64,000 bases of DNA from the NCBI GenBank assembly GCA_965223865.1, contig OZ245020.1, forward strand, positions 896,001 through 960,000. Reading direction: 5' to 3'. Shown piece after piece: positions 8,727-18,524 of this stretch. The notes under the pieces were generated by a model. That model was not told the DNA's origin, did not search any database, and saw only the letters and a program-made list of their open reading frames with translations. How positions within the stretch are numbered: the stretch's first letter is position 1; every line of letters begins with the position of its first letter. Made by a program: the position numbers and the translations under genes. The DNA comes from Nitrosarchaeum sp. (lineage in GTDB: Archaea > Thermoproteota > Nitrososphaeria > Nitrososphaerales > Nitrosopumilaceae).

Positions 8727-11228
8727 TTGACTGTTCCAAGAGTTAGCTCTGCATTAAAAGCCGTAGACATCAAACAGCAGCCACCCCCCCTAATCATTGG
8801 AGAGAGAATCAACACACAGGGCTCAAGAAAAGCAAAACAATTGGTACTAAATGATGATTATGATGGATTAGTTGACTTGGGGCGAACTCAGGTTGAAGAC
8901 GGGGCACACTGCCTAGATGTATGTGTAGCTACAACTGAACGCTCAGACGAAAAAAAATTCATGTTAAACCTTGTAAAAAGACTCAGTCTGGAAATTGACG
9001 CACCTTTAGTAATTGACTCTACTGATCCTGACGTGATTGATGCAGCTGTTAGACAAATTCCTGGAAAACCGATAATCAACTCTATTAATCTTGAAGGTGA
9101 TGGAAGCAGATTTGAAAAACTTGCACCTGTCATGGCAAAGTATGGCCTTCCTGCAATTGCCTTGTGTATTGGACCAAAAGGAATGGCCAAGACTCCACAA
9201 GAAAAACTAGATACAGCAGAATTGCTCTATGAGACTGGAAAAAAATATGGTCTAAAGATTGAGCAATTTATTTTTGATGTTTTGACATTTACCCTTGCAA
9301 CAGGAGAAGATGAATTTCTTGATGCTGGAAAAAACACTCTGGAAGGAATCAGACTGGTAAAAGAAAAATTTCCAAACTCTTTTACAACTTTGGGACTGAG
9401 CAACATAAGTTTTGGCCTTGTCCCTTATGCAAGAAAGATCCTAAACTCTGTTTTTTTGTATCATGCAGTAAAATCAGGACTGGATACTGCAATAGTTAAT
9501 GCAAAAGAAATTATCCCATATGGGGAGATTGATGAAAAAGAAAAAAAACTTTCCGAAGACCTCATCTTTAATGTTCACTCCAATGCATTATCAGAACTGA
9601 TCTCTTATTTTGAAAAAGCAGGCCTTCAAAGTGTCAATTCTGCAAAAAAAGTAGATGTGGACCCGTCATGGACTGCTGGCAAACGTGCGTACTTTAGAAT
9701 AGTAAACAGGCTCAAAGACGGAATCACAAACGATGTAGTATGTGCAATTGCTGATAAAACTGGCAATAAAGAAATAATTGCAGACAATGATGGGGTATTG
9801 TCACTAGATGCACCACCAGAAATTACTCATGATGCTGCCATAAAAACACTAAATGAAAATTTGCTTCCTGCAATGAAAGAAGTAGGTGACAAGTTTGGTT
9901 CAGGAGAATTGATCCTTCCATTTGTTCTTAAATCGGCTGAATGCATGAAAGCTGCAGTAGGAGAGCTAGAAAAATATCTGATAAAAGAAGAAGGCTCTAG
10001 CAAAGGTAAACTTGTTCTTGGAACCGTTTACGGTGATGTTCATGATATTGGAAAGAATTTGGTAAAAACCATATTCCAAAATAACGGATATGCCGTATAT
10101 GACTTGGGAAAGCAAGTTCCCCTACAAAAATTCTTAGAAAAAATTGATGAGGTAAATCCTGATGCAATTGGTCTTTCTGCATTACTTGTATCGACATCAA
10201 AACAAATGCAGTTTTTTGTAGAGCATGCCAGAAAAAATAACATGAGTATTCCAATTTTGTGTGGTGGTGCTGCAATTAACAGCAATTACATAAACCGAAT
10301 AGCAAAACAAGATGGTATTTACGAACCTGGTGTATTTTATTGCAACACAATGTTTGAGGGATTAAAGACAATGGATGCTTTGGTTTCAGATGAAAAACCA
10401 AAACTATTGTCTGAATGGAGAACAAAATTAGAAAATTGGAAAGAAAAAAATGCACCTGTAGTTGATACTGCCAATCTTCCAAAAAGTGAAATCAAACCTG
10501 TTACTCCCCCCATACCTCCAGTAATTGGTGAGCCGATTCGACTAAAGGAAGGACAAATCAATATGGATGAAGTGTGGGGATTGATTGACAAAAAATCCCT
10601 ATTCAAATTATCATGGGGTCTAAGAGGCAAGGCAGGCTCTGAATCAGAGGCAGATCATGAAACTTTGCTTAATGAATGGAAAATTAGGATAATAAAAGAG
10701 AAACTCTTTGAGCCTGAAATTGTCTATGGATATTTTAGATGTCACAACAAAAATGGCAAACTAGTAGTTGAAGGCCAAACAGATGAGACGATAGAATTTG
10801 ATTTTCCGCGTTCCACAAAAACTCCTCATCTTTGCCTGACAGATTATTTTGGAGATGATGATGTAGTTGCATTTCAATCAGTTACGGTAGGAAGTAAGGT
10901 TGCAGAAATTATTGAAAACTGGAATAAAGAAGACAAGTATACTGATGCATATTATTTGCATGGACTAGCCGTAGAAGTTGCAGAAGCCCTAGCAAGTTGG
11001 ACTAACCAAAAAATAAAATCTGAATTAAAAATAGGTGATAAAGGTGGTTTGAGATACAGTTGGGGATTTCCTAGCTGCCCTGATGTTGCACAACATCATC
11101 TAGTTTGGAAACTGTTGGAACCCGAAAAATCTGGAATGACACTAACTGAATCAGGACAAATAATTCCAGAGCAATCAACTGCTGCAATTGTTATTCATCA
11201 TCCAGAAACCAAGTATTTTGTTCTCTAA
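8727..11228 (+). CDS. metH: Cobalamin-dependent methionine synthase: pterin-binding, B12-binding and activation domains
   Basis: IIGERIN, GDVHDIGKNLV (B12 DxHxxG) and RYSWGFPSCPD motifs. Confidence 0.93.
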   Translation: MTVPRVSSALKAVDIKQQPPPLIIGERINTQGSRKAKQLVLNDDYDGLVDLGRTQVEDGAHCLDVCVATTERSDEKKFMLNLVKRLSLEIDAPLVIDSTDPDVIDAAVRQIPGKPIINSINLEGDGSRFEKLAPVMAKYGLPAIALCIGPKGMAKTPQEKLDTAELLYETGKKYGLKIEQFIFDVLTFTLATGEDEFLDAGKNTLEGIRLVKEKFPNSFTTLGLSNISFGLVPYARKILNSVFLYHAVKSGLDTAIVNAKEIIPYGEIDEKEKKLSEDLIFNVHSNALSELISYFEKAGLQSVNSAKKVDVDPSWTAGKRAYFRIVNRLKDGITNDVVCAIADKTGNKEIIADNDGVLSLDAPPEITHDAAIKTLNENLLPAMKEVGDKFGSGELILPFVLKSAECMKAAVGELEKYLIKEEGSSKGKLVLGTVYGDVHDIGKNLVKTIFQNNGYAVYDLGKQVPLQKFLEKIDEVNPDAIGLSALLVSTSKQMQFFVEHARKNNMSIPILCGGAAINSNYINRIAKQDGIYEPGVFYCNTMFEGLKTMDALVSDEKPKLLSEWRTKLENWKEKNAPVVDTANLPKSEIKPVTPPIPPVIGEPIRLKEGQINMDEVWGLIDKKSLFKLSWGLRGKAGSESEADHETLLNEWKIRIIKEKLFEPEIVYGYFRCHNKNGKLVVEGQTDETIEFDFPRSTKTPHLCLTDYFGDDDVVAFQSVTVGSKVAEIIENWNKEDKYTDAYYLHGLAVEVAEALASWTNQKIKSELKIGDKGGLRYSWGFPSCPDVAQHHLVWKLLEPEKSGMTLTESGQIIPEQSTAAIVIHHPETKYFVL

Positions 11229-11977
11229 AGTTGCTTCATTGTTTCTTTTGCAAAGGCAAAATCACTTGGAGATGTGATTAGAACATCACCTGCTATTTTG
11301 TGGATTTCTTTGATAAAATTTGCAGGATCTTTTTTGTATTCTGACCAATCAAGCTCCAAAAATTTTGCAGAATTCTCATTTTTTTCAGAAGGCAACAAAA
11401 TACACGGAATAACTCGGAAACTCTGCGGTCTCAATTTTTCAGAAATTCTTCGTACTTGTTGTTCTGAATGAATTACTTGTGTCATAAAGCCTGCAGGATG
11501 TGCTCCAATTTTTTTTTGAATTTTTTCAAAGTTTGGATTACTGGGTAGAGATAGAAAAAAATCTGTCTTTCCTGCAAAATCTGATTCATTTAATTGCTTT
11601 ACTACTTGACTAGGAATCAATCCTGAATCGTATGGTTTATCTTTTGAAGGATCTCCCTTCAGTACAAGAATTCCATCCAAACCCATCTCAATTGATCTTT
11701 TGACTGTATCTTTAATTTCACTCATGTTTCTATCCCTTACCCGCATACTGATAGTTATTTTCAAATGAGGGTGATTCTTCTTGAGAATTTTTCCTGCAAT
11801 CAATGCAGAAACTCTTCTAGTTCCTAAAACCGAATCAGTAATGTGAATTCCATCACATAATGAATTAATGTCTGAGACTCTTTTTTCCAAATTTTCCAAT
11901 AATGTTTTGACTTTATCACTTGATTCGTCCTCTCCATCAGGAATCTTTGGCGGATTTATCTCATAGATTACAGTCAT
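11225..11977 (-). CDS. Methylenetetrahydrofolate reductase-like protein (MetF family)
   Basis: YEINPPK, ITDS, RDRN, LKGD and FMTQ motifs; convergent with metH. Confidence 0.8.
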   Translation of the reverse strand: MTVIYEINPPKIPDGEDESSDKVKTLLENLEKRVSDINSLCDGIHITDSVLGTRRVSALIAGKILKKNHPHLKITISMRVRDRNMSEIKDTVKRSIEMGLDGILVLKGDPSKDKPYDSGLIPSQVVKQLNESDFAGKTDFFLSLPSNPNFEKIQKKIGAHPAGFMTQVIHSEQQVRRISEKLRPQSFRVIPCILLPSEKNENSAKFLELDWSEYKKDPANFIKEIHKIAGDVLITSPSDFAFAKETMKQL

Positions 11978-12053
11978 AATGAATTTCCAAATTTACTTGG
12001 TTAAAACCTTTGAATGATTAAATTCAATAACAATAATTTAATTTACCATATTA

Positions 12054-12623
12054 TTGATTTTGGAAAAAATAAAATCAGTACTTACTACTCCTTTGGACCC
12101 TTTACCAAGAGTTGATGAAAACAACAGAATTGCATCTGTATTGATTTTGATTTATGGTGGTGACCCAAAAATTTTAATGACAAAAAAATCACACATACTA
12201 AAACTTCATGCAGGAGAAATTGCCTTTCCGGGAGGAAAACATGATCCTGAAGACAAGGACTTGCTTGAAACAGCATTAAGAGAAGCAAGAGAAGAGATCA
12301 ACTTGAGTATCAGAGATGAACACGTAATTGGACAGTTAAATCCTGTAACCACTTTAAACTCAAAATTTACTATTTATCCATTTATTGCAGTTGTAAATTT
12401 ATTGCCAAGACTCAAAGATAATTTGGAAGTTGAAACTATTTTGAATATTCCACTTTTTCCTTTATTAAAAACAATGTCGAATGATATAGATCCTGCACAT
12501 AGGTTAATCGAGGAGATGTATACTTTTACTTTCCAGGATCATCTAATCTGGGGCGCTTCAGCTAGAATGTTAAAACAGATTTATGATATTTTTTCAAAAA
12601 ACAATTTTTTAGAAACTAAATGA
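12054..12623 (+). CDS. Nudix hydrolase, CoA pyrophosphatase-like
   Basis: HAGEIAFPGG followed by Nudix box TALREAREEI; IWGASA. Confidence 0.9.
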   Translation: MILEKIKSVLTTPLDPLPRVDENNRIASVLILIYGGDPKILMTKKSHILKLHAGEIAFPGGKHDPEDKDLLETALREAREEINLSIRDEHVIGQLNPVTTLNSKFTIYPFIAVVNLLPRLKDNLEVETILNIPLFPLLKTMSNDIDPAHRLIEEMYTFTFQDHLIWGASARMLKQIYDIFSKNNFLETK

Positions 12624-12685
12624 TGGCTATAGATGACTTATTTAATGAGATTCATTTAAAAAGAGCTCTTCGTGCCTGAAACCTA

Positions 12686-12844
12686 ATGGCTGCACGTAAG
12701 TCGTCTCCAAGAAAAATCCGTTTGCTAAAGAAGACAAAACAAGCTTCTCCAGTACCGGCATGGATTATTCTCAAGACAAAGAGATCAGTTAGAACAAATC
12801 CAAAACGTAGAGCTTGGAGATCAACGGATGTGGAGGTCGGATAA
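12686..12844 (+). CDS. rpl39e: 50S ribosomal protein L39e
   Basis: Not in the ORF track. MAARKSSPRKIRLLKKTKQASPVPAWIILKTKRSVRTNPKRRAWRSTDVEVG; directly upstream of rpl31e. Confidence 0.95.
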   Translation: MAARKSSPRKIRLLKKTKQASPVPAWIILKTKRSVRTNPKRRAWRSTDVEVG

Positions 12845-13264
12845 ATGTCCCAGGATTTAGAAAGAGTTTATACTATCAATTTGGGCAAAGCATTGCTTTC
12901 ACAAAGCCAACACAGAGCAGTTAGGGCAATCAATATGATTAAAGAATTTGCTCGTCATCATATGAAAGTTGAAGACATAAAAATTGAAGAAGACCTTGCT
13001 CACCAAATTTGGTCAAAGGGAGTTCGAAGTCCTCCAAGAAAAGTCAGGGTTCGAATGAGTAAGACTGACGAAGGTTATGTTCTCGTATCCCCATATGAAG
13101 AAGAAATTGAAACTAAAGAACCACCCAAAGTAGAAGAACCACCTAAAGAACCACCCAAAGTAGAAGAACCACCTAAAGAACCACCCAAAGTAGAAGAACC
13201 ACCCAAAGTAGAAGAACCACCCAAAGAATCTTCAAAGAAAGAAACCAAACAAGATTCTAATTAA
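12845..13264 (+). CDS. rpl31e: 50S ribosomal protein L31e with repetitive C-terminal tail
   Basis: ERVYTINL, RAVRAI and IWSKGVRSPPRKVRV motifs. Confidence 0.95.
   Translation: MSQDLERVYTINLGKALLSQSQHRAVRAINMIKEFARHHMKVEDIKIEEDLAHQIWSKGVRSPPRKVRVRMSKTDEGYVLVSPYEEEIETKEPPKVEEPPKEPPKVEEPPKEPPKVEEPPKVEEPPKESSKKETKQDSN
13113..13228 (+). repeat. In-frame tandem repeat, 30-bp unit (KEPPKVEEPP), about 3 copies plus partial units
   Basis: aaagaaccacccaaagtagaagaaccacct repeated within the 3' end of rpl31e. Confidence 0.95.
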
Positions 13265-13314
13265 TCAAGAAAACAAAATTATTTCAACAATCAGTTTGCT
13301 ATTCTAAATGATTT

Positions 13315-14583
13315 CTATATCACTATGATTTTTCGTTTGATCAAATTCTCAAGTGAATTTAGAAAATCATCATCTGAAATTTTATCTTCAGCCCACCATC
13401 CAGCAGTTATCTTAATCCATGAAGGAATCTTCCAGTTAGATTCTGCAGTAACTCCTTTCAGAGGAGCTGATATGATCTCTTTTTCAAGTAAAAACTCCAC
13501 TCCTTCTAAAAATTCAGAATCTGATATTTGCTCTGTAGACCACCATTCTGAATTTGTTTTAACCCATTGGGGAACTTTGGGCATTTCTGGAGGCAATCCT
13601 TTCTCAAATCCCGTTATTTTTAGTACTCCTTGAGAGGTTGGGCCTACAGTGAATGCAACATGCCAAAATCCCATATCGTCTATGCTCTGAATAAATTCTA
13701 TTGGCTCATCATTTAGAGTTACATCAAATTTCTCTTCTCCTGAAATTGGGGGAAACTCAAAGTTTGCGTAAGTTTCTAATGGATAACTGTTGTATCCTCT
13801 TATGGTAAGCTCAGTTCCTTCTTCATTGAATTTTGCTGCAGAGTACCATGCACCAGAATCATATCTAAAATCAAAGTCACCCTCATTCTTCTTTGTGGTA
13901 ATTGGAATCACAGTAGTGTCAACTGGCGCAAAACAGCTATAGTAAAACACATCTTCAGTAATAGATGGGTCAGGATACATTGAAAATTCTCTAATTTCCC
14001 CAGGCTCTATTTTTTCAATGAATTCAATATTTTGAGCTATGTCAAGAACTCTTTCATATCCGTGAACTACTGCATAAATTTTCGGATAGTATACTGTCTC
14101 ATCTCCAGTATTTTGAATTCTTCCTGTAATGTGGCCATCCTTGTGTTTTACCAAAGTTTTGTCGTAGATGACTTCAATCGGGATTGAATTCTTTATTGTT
14201 TTCTCAAATTCCAGTTCTGGAGGCATTAGAATGGGAATATTGCCCACAACCTCTGGAAATTTGACCTTAAATGGAATTTCTTTTCCTGAACTCAATGGAA
14301 CATGTTCAATTGTTTTTGAGAGCAGCTCCGAATTATCCTTTACAGAAACAGTGATGACAGGAATAACCGAAAAGTCATTTTGGTTTTTTACGTTTCCAAC
14401 TACAGTGTAGATTCCATTTGAATCAAAGTATCCTAGATACTCATCATCTGGAATAATAATTTCGGCAAATGCTATTTGGGGAACAACTAACACTCCAAAA
14501 AGGACTAGGGTTAATGCAAAGTATTCTGATTTTATCCCATTACAAATTGCCAAAGCCCTAAAGCTTGTTTTAAAAAGTTTCAT
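13315..14583 (-). CDS. Secreted/surface protein with duplicated thaumarchaeal C-terminal domain
   Basis: Signal-like segment ending AFA; two PxWxK-x4-WW-x4-ISD-x2-FL units. The true start may be downstream of the listed one. Confidence 0.8.
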   Translation of the reverse strand: MKLFKTSFRALAICNGIKSEYFALTLVLFGVLVVPQIAFAEIIIPDDEYLGYFDSNGIYTVVGNVKNQNDFSVIPVITVSVKDNSELLSKTIEHVPLSSGKEIPFKVKFPEVVGNIPILMPPELEFEKTIKNSIPIEVIYDKTLVKHKDGHITGRIQNTGDETVYYPKIYAVVHGYERVLDIAQNIEFIEKIEPGEIREFSMYPDPSITEDVFYYSCFAPVDTTVIPITTKKNEGDFDFRYDSGAWYSAAKFNEEGTELTIRGYNSYPLETYANFEFPPISGEEKFDVTLNDEPIEFIQSIDDMGFWHVAFTVGPTSQGVLKITGFEKGLPPEMPKVPQWVKTNSEWWSTEQISDSEFLEGVEFLLEKEIISAPLKGVTAESNWKIPSWIKITAGWWAEDKISDDDFLNSLENLIKRKIIVI

Positions 14584-14756
14584 CTGTTATTACTTCCAAT
14601 TAATTGTACTTTTGTTGCTTTTCCTTAATATAATATATCTATAAAACTAGAGTTGATTTTTAGAAATAATAAAAAAGTATCTAATTATTGTGAATTGATT
14701 ATTTTGTAACTGAGAATATTGCAAAAATGCCTTTTTTTGTTAATTTGTTTCTGTAC

Positions 14757-15707
14757 TTATTCTAATTGATACAAATCAATCTTGCAGTCAATACTGCAAT
14801 CAGGATGTGACCAATCAAGTGTGTCTTCTTGTGGAATTATTCCAAGAGGATCATAGTTTTCAAATTTTGTCATTCCTTGAATAGATGATAACATAACAAC
14901 TTTAGATTCATCTGACGCCCCAGCTGATATGTCAATTTGTGATTCTTCATTTAAAATATCGCTTGTCAGATTTGTAATTGAATTTAATATTCCAACTGGA
15001 ATGTTGTCTCCTCCCACCACATAAAGTATTGAACGCTTTACAGAGTTCGAAGGAGCATTATTGTAAAGCATTTTCAGTGAATCTCTAAGCGATTCCTCGA
15101 TATCTTGACCTTCTTTGCTTGTTGTTAGAATACTGGTCTCTGATATAATTTCTGATGATCCTAAGGATTTCACAACGTGCATGATGGCATTGTTTGCTAT
15201 TTCGTAACACTGTTTTGGATTCAAATCTGGATTGCTCTCTAGCATGGAGTCATTATCTAACACAATAGTACAGTCTGAATCTTCTCTGATTCTTTTCAAA
15301 GCAATTCCAGAGTTGAAGATTCTGTCTTTTTCATATTTGAAAGGCATGATTGCAAATGAAATTAATCCCTTGCATGTTTCTTTGCAAATCTCTGAAATCA
15401 CTGGGGCTATTGCAGATCCTGCCTTTCCAGCCATATTTGTCATAAGAACAATTGTAGAATATCCTGAAATCTTTGATCTTATTTGGTCCGTCACCTTGTA
15501 TGTGGAGCCTCGAATTAGTTGGACAGATGGGTTAACTACTGAATCAGTTGAAACCTTGATGGATGTATAATTGGAAGGTAAATCCTTCTGATCATTGCTT
15601 ATAATTAGACAATCTGAATTTAGTATATTTCTTGCTTGAGTGGCCAATTTCAAACCCACTCCTCCTACACCTATAACCAAGATCGGTTCTTTTACTTGAA
15701 AACTCAA
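14757..15707 (-). CDS. ftsZ: Divergent thaumarchaeal FtsZ homolog
   Basis: VIGVGGVG, IMPFKYE and IVLDND motifs; tubulin signature degenerate (MAGKAGSA). Confidence 0.85.
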   Translation of the reverse strand: MSFQVKEPILVIGVGGVGLKLATQARNILNSDCLIISNDQKDLPSNYTSIKVSTDSVVNPSVQLIRGSTYKVTDQIRSKISGYSTIVLMTNMAGKAGSAIAPVISEICKETCKGLISFAIMPFKYEKDRIFNSGIALKRIREDSDCTIVLDNDSMLESNPDLNPKQCYEIANNAIMHVVKSLGSSEIISETSILTTSKEGQDIEESLRDSLKMLYNNAPSNSVKRSILYVVGGDNIPVGILNSITNLTSDILNEESQIDISAGASDESKVVMLSSIQGMTKFENYDPLGIIPQEDTLDWSHPDCSIDCKIDLYQLE

Positions 15708-15780
15708 TTCAAGTCTTATTCTATGATTTGGATAAAAAACCTTCTTACGTTATTTTAATCAAATTTTCGATCTAAAAAAA

Positions 15781-17049
15781 TTAGCTTACGACCTCTCCAA
15801 GCAAGATGTGGGTAGATGCATCTGTAATCTCAACAATACAATTTTGTCCGATCTTGACATTCTCTCTTACAAAGACTGGTTTGTAAGCAAAGTTTCTTCC
15901 CTTGATACCTTCATCTGTTTTTTCATTGAATAGAACTTTTCCTTTCCAACCTATCCATTTTTTGTTATTCTCCAATGTTATCTTGTCAATTAAATCAAAA
16001 ACTATCTTACTTCTTCTCTTGACCTCTGAAACCTCAATCTGCTTCCATTCTGCAGCCTCAGTTCCGGGCCTTGCACTATACTTTGAGAGGTTTACTACAT
16101 CTGGCCTTGTTTCTTCAAGTAATTTTACGGTCTTTTCAAAATCCTCTTCTTTTTCTGATGGAAATCCAACTATGATGTCAGTAGAAATCGTAAAATTCGA
16201 AAATTTATCTTTGACTTTTTTTACAATTTCTCTGTACGTTTCTGAAGTGTGACCTCTCTTCATGTCGTTAAGTACTTGGTTACTACCACTTTGTACTGGA
16301 ACGTGGAGAAATTTGTAGACTTTATCATTGTTGTATGATTCAATCAAGTTTTTCTTTATTCTGGGCATGTACATGGGATTCATCATTCCAACACGTATCA
16401 TGAAATCCTGTGGTATTTCTGAGACTGCATTTATCAATGATGGCAAATCAGTTCCGATCTCAAATCCATAACAACCATTGTCTGTTGATGTCAGCCAAAC
16501 CTCTTTGCATCCTTCTCTAATTTCATTTTCCACCTGCCTTACAATATCGCCAATCCTATAGCTGCTCAAATCTCCTTTTGATAATTTGGTTTGACAGAAT
16601 GTACATTCACTCATACACCCACTTGCAATCTCTACTATCCCGACAACTGGATTTAGTCTTACTTTGGGTAATCCTACCTTTGATAGGTCAGAATCTTCAA
16701 GTGCTACAACTTTTTTCCCCTTTAATGTAGAATCAATTACCTGTAATGTTTTTCCCAATGAATTTGGGCCAAGCAAGCTGGAGTTTTTTGTAAATTTCTC
16801 CACTGTTTCTTTTTCAGCTTTTGGAAGACATCCAGCAACAATGAGTGGTTTTGTTTTTAGTGATTTGATTCTGTGTATCATCTTATTTGCAGTGGCATCT
16901 TTTACTGAACATGTAACCACAATGTTTAGATCAGACTCTGCAGAATCTTCAGCTAAAGTATGTCCTCCATTTTTGATCAGCCCTGAAATCATTTCAGAGT
17001 CTGCAAAACTAGCAGAGCATCCATATGCTTCTACGAAAATCTTTGCCAT
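15781..17049 (-). CDS. Radical SAM tRNA methylthiotransferase (MiaB-like, probably e-MtaB)
   Basis: UPF0004 N-terminal YGC...TCSV...GC, CxxxCxxC (CMSECTFC), C-terminal TRAM domain. Confidence 0.92.
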   Translation of the reverse strand: MAKIFVEAYGCSASFADSEMISGLIKNGGHTLAEDSAESDLNIVVTCSVKDATANKMIHRIKSLKTKPLIVAGCLPKAEKETVEKFTKNSSLLGPNSLGKTLQVIDSTLKGKKVVALEDSDLSKVGLPKVRLNPVVGIVEIASGCMSECTFCQTKLSKGDLSSYRIGDIVRQVENEIREGCKEVWLTSTDNGCYGFEIGTDLPSLINAVSEIPQDFMIRVGMMNPMYMPRIKKNLIESYNNDKVYKFLHVPVQSGSNQVLNDMKRGHTSETYREIVKKVKDKFSNFTISTDIIVGFPSEKEEDFEKTVKLLEETRPDVVNLSKYSARPGTEAAEWKQIEVSEVKRRSKIVFDLIDKITLENNKKWIGWKGKVLFNEKTDEGIKGRNFAYKPVFVRENVKIGQNCIVEITDASTHILLGEVVS

Positions 17050-17051
17050 AT

Positions 17052-18413
17052 TTATCCAAAAAGAGAATCTATTTCTTTATTACTCATCAAGTTCTTAGAA
17101 ACAACCAATTCTCTAATTGTTTTTCCAGTCTTGAGTGATTCTTTGAATAACTCTGCTGATTTTAGATAACCAATTTTTGGAGTAAGTAGGGTTACAATTA
17201 CTGGGCTGTTTTCAATATCTTTTCTCAACTTTTCTTTGTTTGCAGTCAGTCCATCAATTAGGTTTGCAGAAAATATTGGAAAGAAATTCTTTATCATGTC
17301 TGTAGACTCTAAAACACATTTTAGCATTCCAGGCAGCATTACATTTAGCTCAAATTGCCCACTCTGAGCAGCATAAGATACTGCAGTGTCATTTCCAATT
17401 ATATTAAAGCAAATCATATTCATGCATTCAGCAAGTGATGGATTTACCTTACCGGGCATAATTGAAGAACCTGCATGAACTGCTGGAATTCCTAATTCAG
17501 CCAAGCCTGCAATGGGACCTGATGCCATTAATCTGATGTCATTTGAAAGTTTTCCAACTTCAAGGGCCAAATTTCTCAAAGCCCCTGAAAGATTTACAAC
17601 TGCAAATTTACTCTGCAAACCATGTTGCATGTCTTTTTCGGGTTTTAATGGAAGCTTTGAAATCTTTGCAAGTTCTGAAATTGCAATTTTTCTGTATCCT
17701 TTAGGTGTGTTAGCACCTGAACCAACTGCAGTTCCTCCTAATGCAACATTTTGTAGTTCTTTTTGAGCTAGTAAAATTGCATTTCTTGCTTTAGAAATTG
17801 AAGTAACATAAGCTTCAAACTCACTTCCTAATGTTACTGGAAGTGCATCCATCAGATGAGTTCTTCCAATTTTTTTAAATGATGAGAATTGCTTTGCCTT
17901 CTTGGTTAGTGACTTTATCAAAATATCTATAACTGGAATTGTCTCTTTGAGGTTCATCAAAATTGCAACATGCATTGCAGTGGGATATGTATCATTGCTT
18001 GACTGAGACATGTTGACATGGTCATTTGGGTGAAGATGCTGGTATTGTCCTTTCTTTTTATGAAGTACTTCTAGTGCAACATTTGCAATTACTTCATTCG
18101 AATTCATGTTAAAGGCAGTTCCTGCACCGGAGTTTATCATGTCTACAACAAACTGATCTACATATTTTCCTGCCAAAATTTTATCACATGCAGAAACAAT
18201 TGCCTTTCCACGTTTTGTATCAATTGCCTTTGCCTTCATATTGGCAATGGCAGCAGATCGTTTTATCATTACAAAAGACTTTATGAGATTTTCATGTGCT
18301 TTATTTCCCGTTACATGGTATTGCTTGATCGCCCTACCTGTGAATGCTCCATAATATGCGCTTGAAGGAATTTTGACTTTGCCAAGTGAATCTTCATCTA
18401 ATCGAAATTTCAT
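17052..18413 (-). CDS. Class II fumarate hydratase / aspartate ammonia-lyase
   Basis: HPNDHVNMSQSSND, KIGRTHLMDA and GSSIMPGKVNP motifs; the two activities cannot be separated by eye. Confidence 0.92.
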   Translation of the reverse strand: MKFRLDEDSLGKVKIPSSAYYGAFTGRAIKQYHVTGNKAHENLIKSFVMIKRSAAIANMKAKAIDTKRGKAIVSACDKILAGKYVDQFVVDMINSGAGTAFNMNSNEVIANVALEVLHKKKGQYQHLHPNDHVNMSQSSNDTYPTAMHVAILMNLKETIPVIDILIKSLTKKAKQFSSFKKIGRTHLMDALPVTLGSEFEAYVTSISKARNAILLAQKELQNVALGGTAVGSGANTPKGYRKIAISELAKISKLPLKPEKDMQHGLQSKFAVVNLSGALRNLALEVGKLSNDIRLMASGPIAGLAELGIPAVHAGSSIMPGKVNPSLAECMNMICFNIIGNDTAVSYAAQSGQFELNVMLPGMLKCVLESTDMIKNFFPIFSANLIDGLTANKEKLRKDIENSPVIVTLLTPKIGYLKSAELFKESLKTGKTIRELVVSKNLMSNKEIDSLFG

Positions 18414-18494
18414 GTCGTTTACTCTAATTTTTCCCCATTATTCATTCTTTTTCAAAAATTTTCATAAATTCATAATTCTCAGCAATGACAATTA

Positions 18495-18501
18495 TTATAT
18501 A
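18495..18501 (+). promoter_or_regulatory. TATA box of nirK (probably leaderless or short-leader transcript)
   Basis: TTATATA 24-30 nt upstream of the ATG at 18525. Confidence 0.6.
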
Positions 18502-18524
18502 GGATTCACTAGTCATCGTGCTTA

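Noticed and set aside
12615-12685. ATGATGG...CTGA as a C/D sRNA
   Set aside because: Boxes and spacing are poor, and the region holds the TTTAAAAA TATA box of rpl39e.
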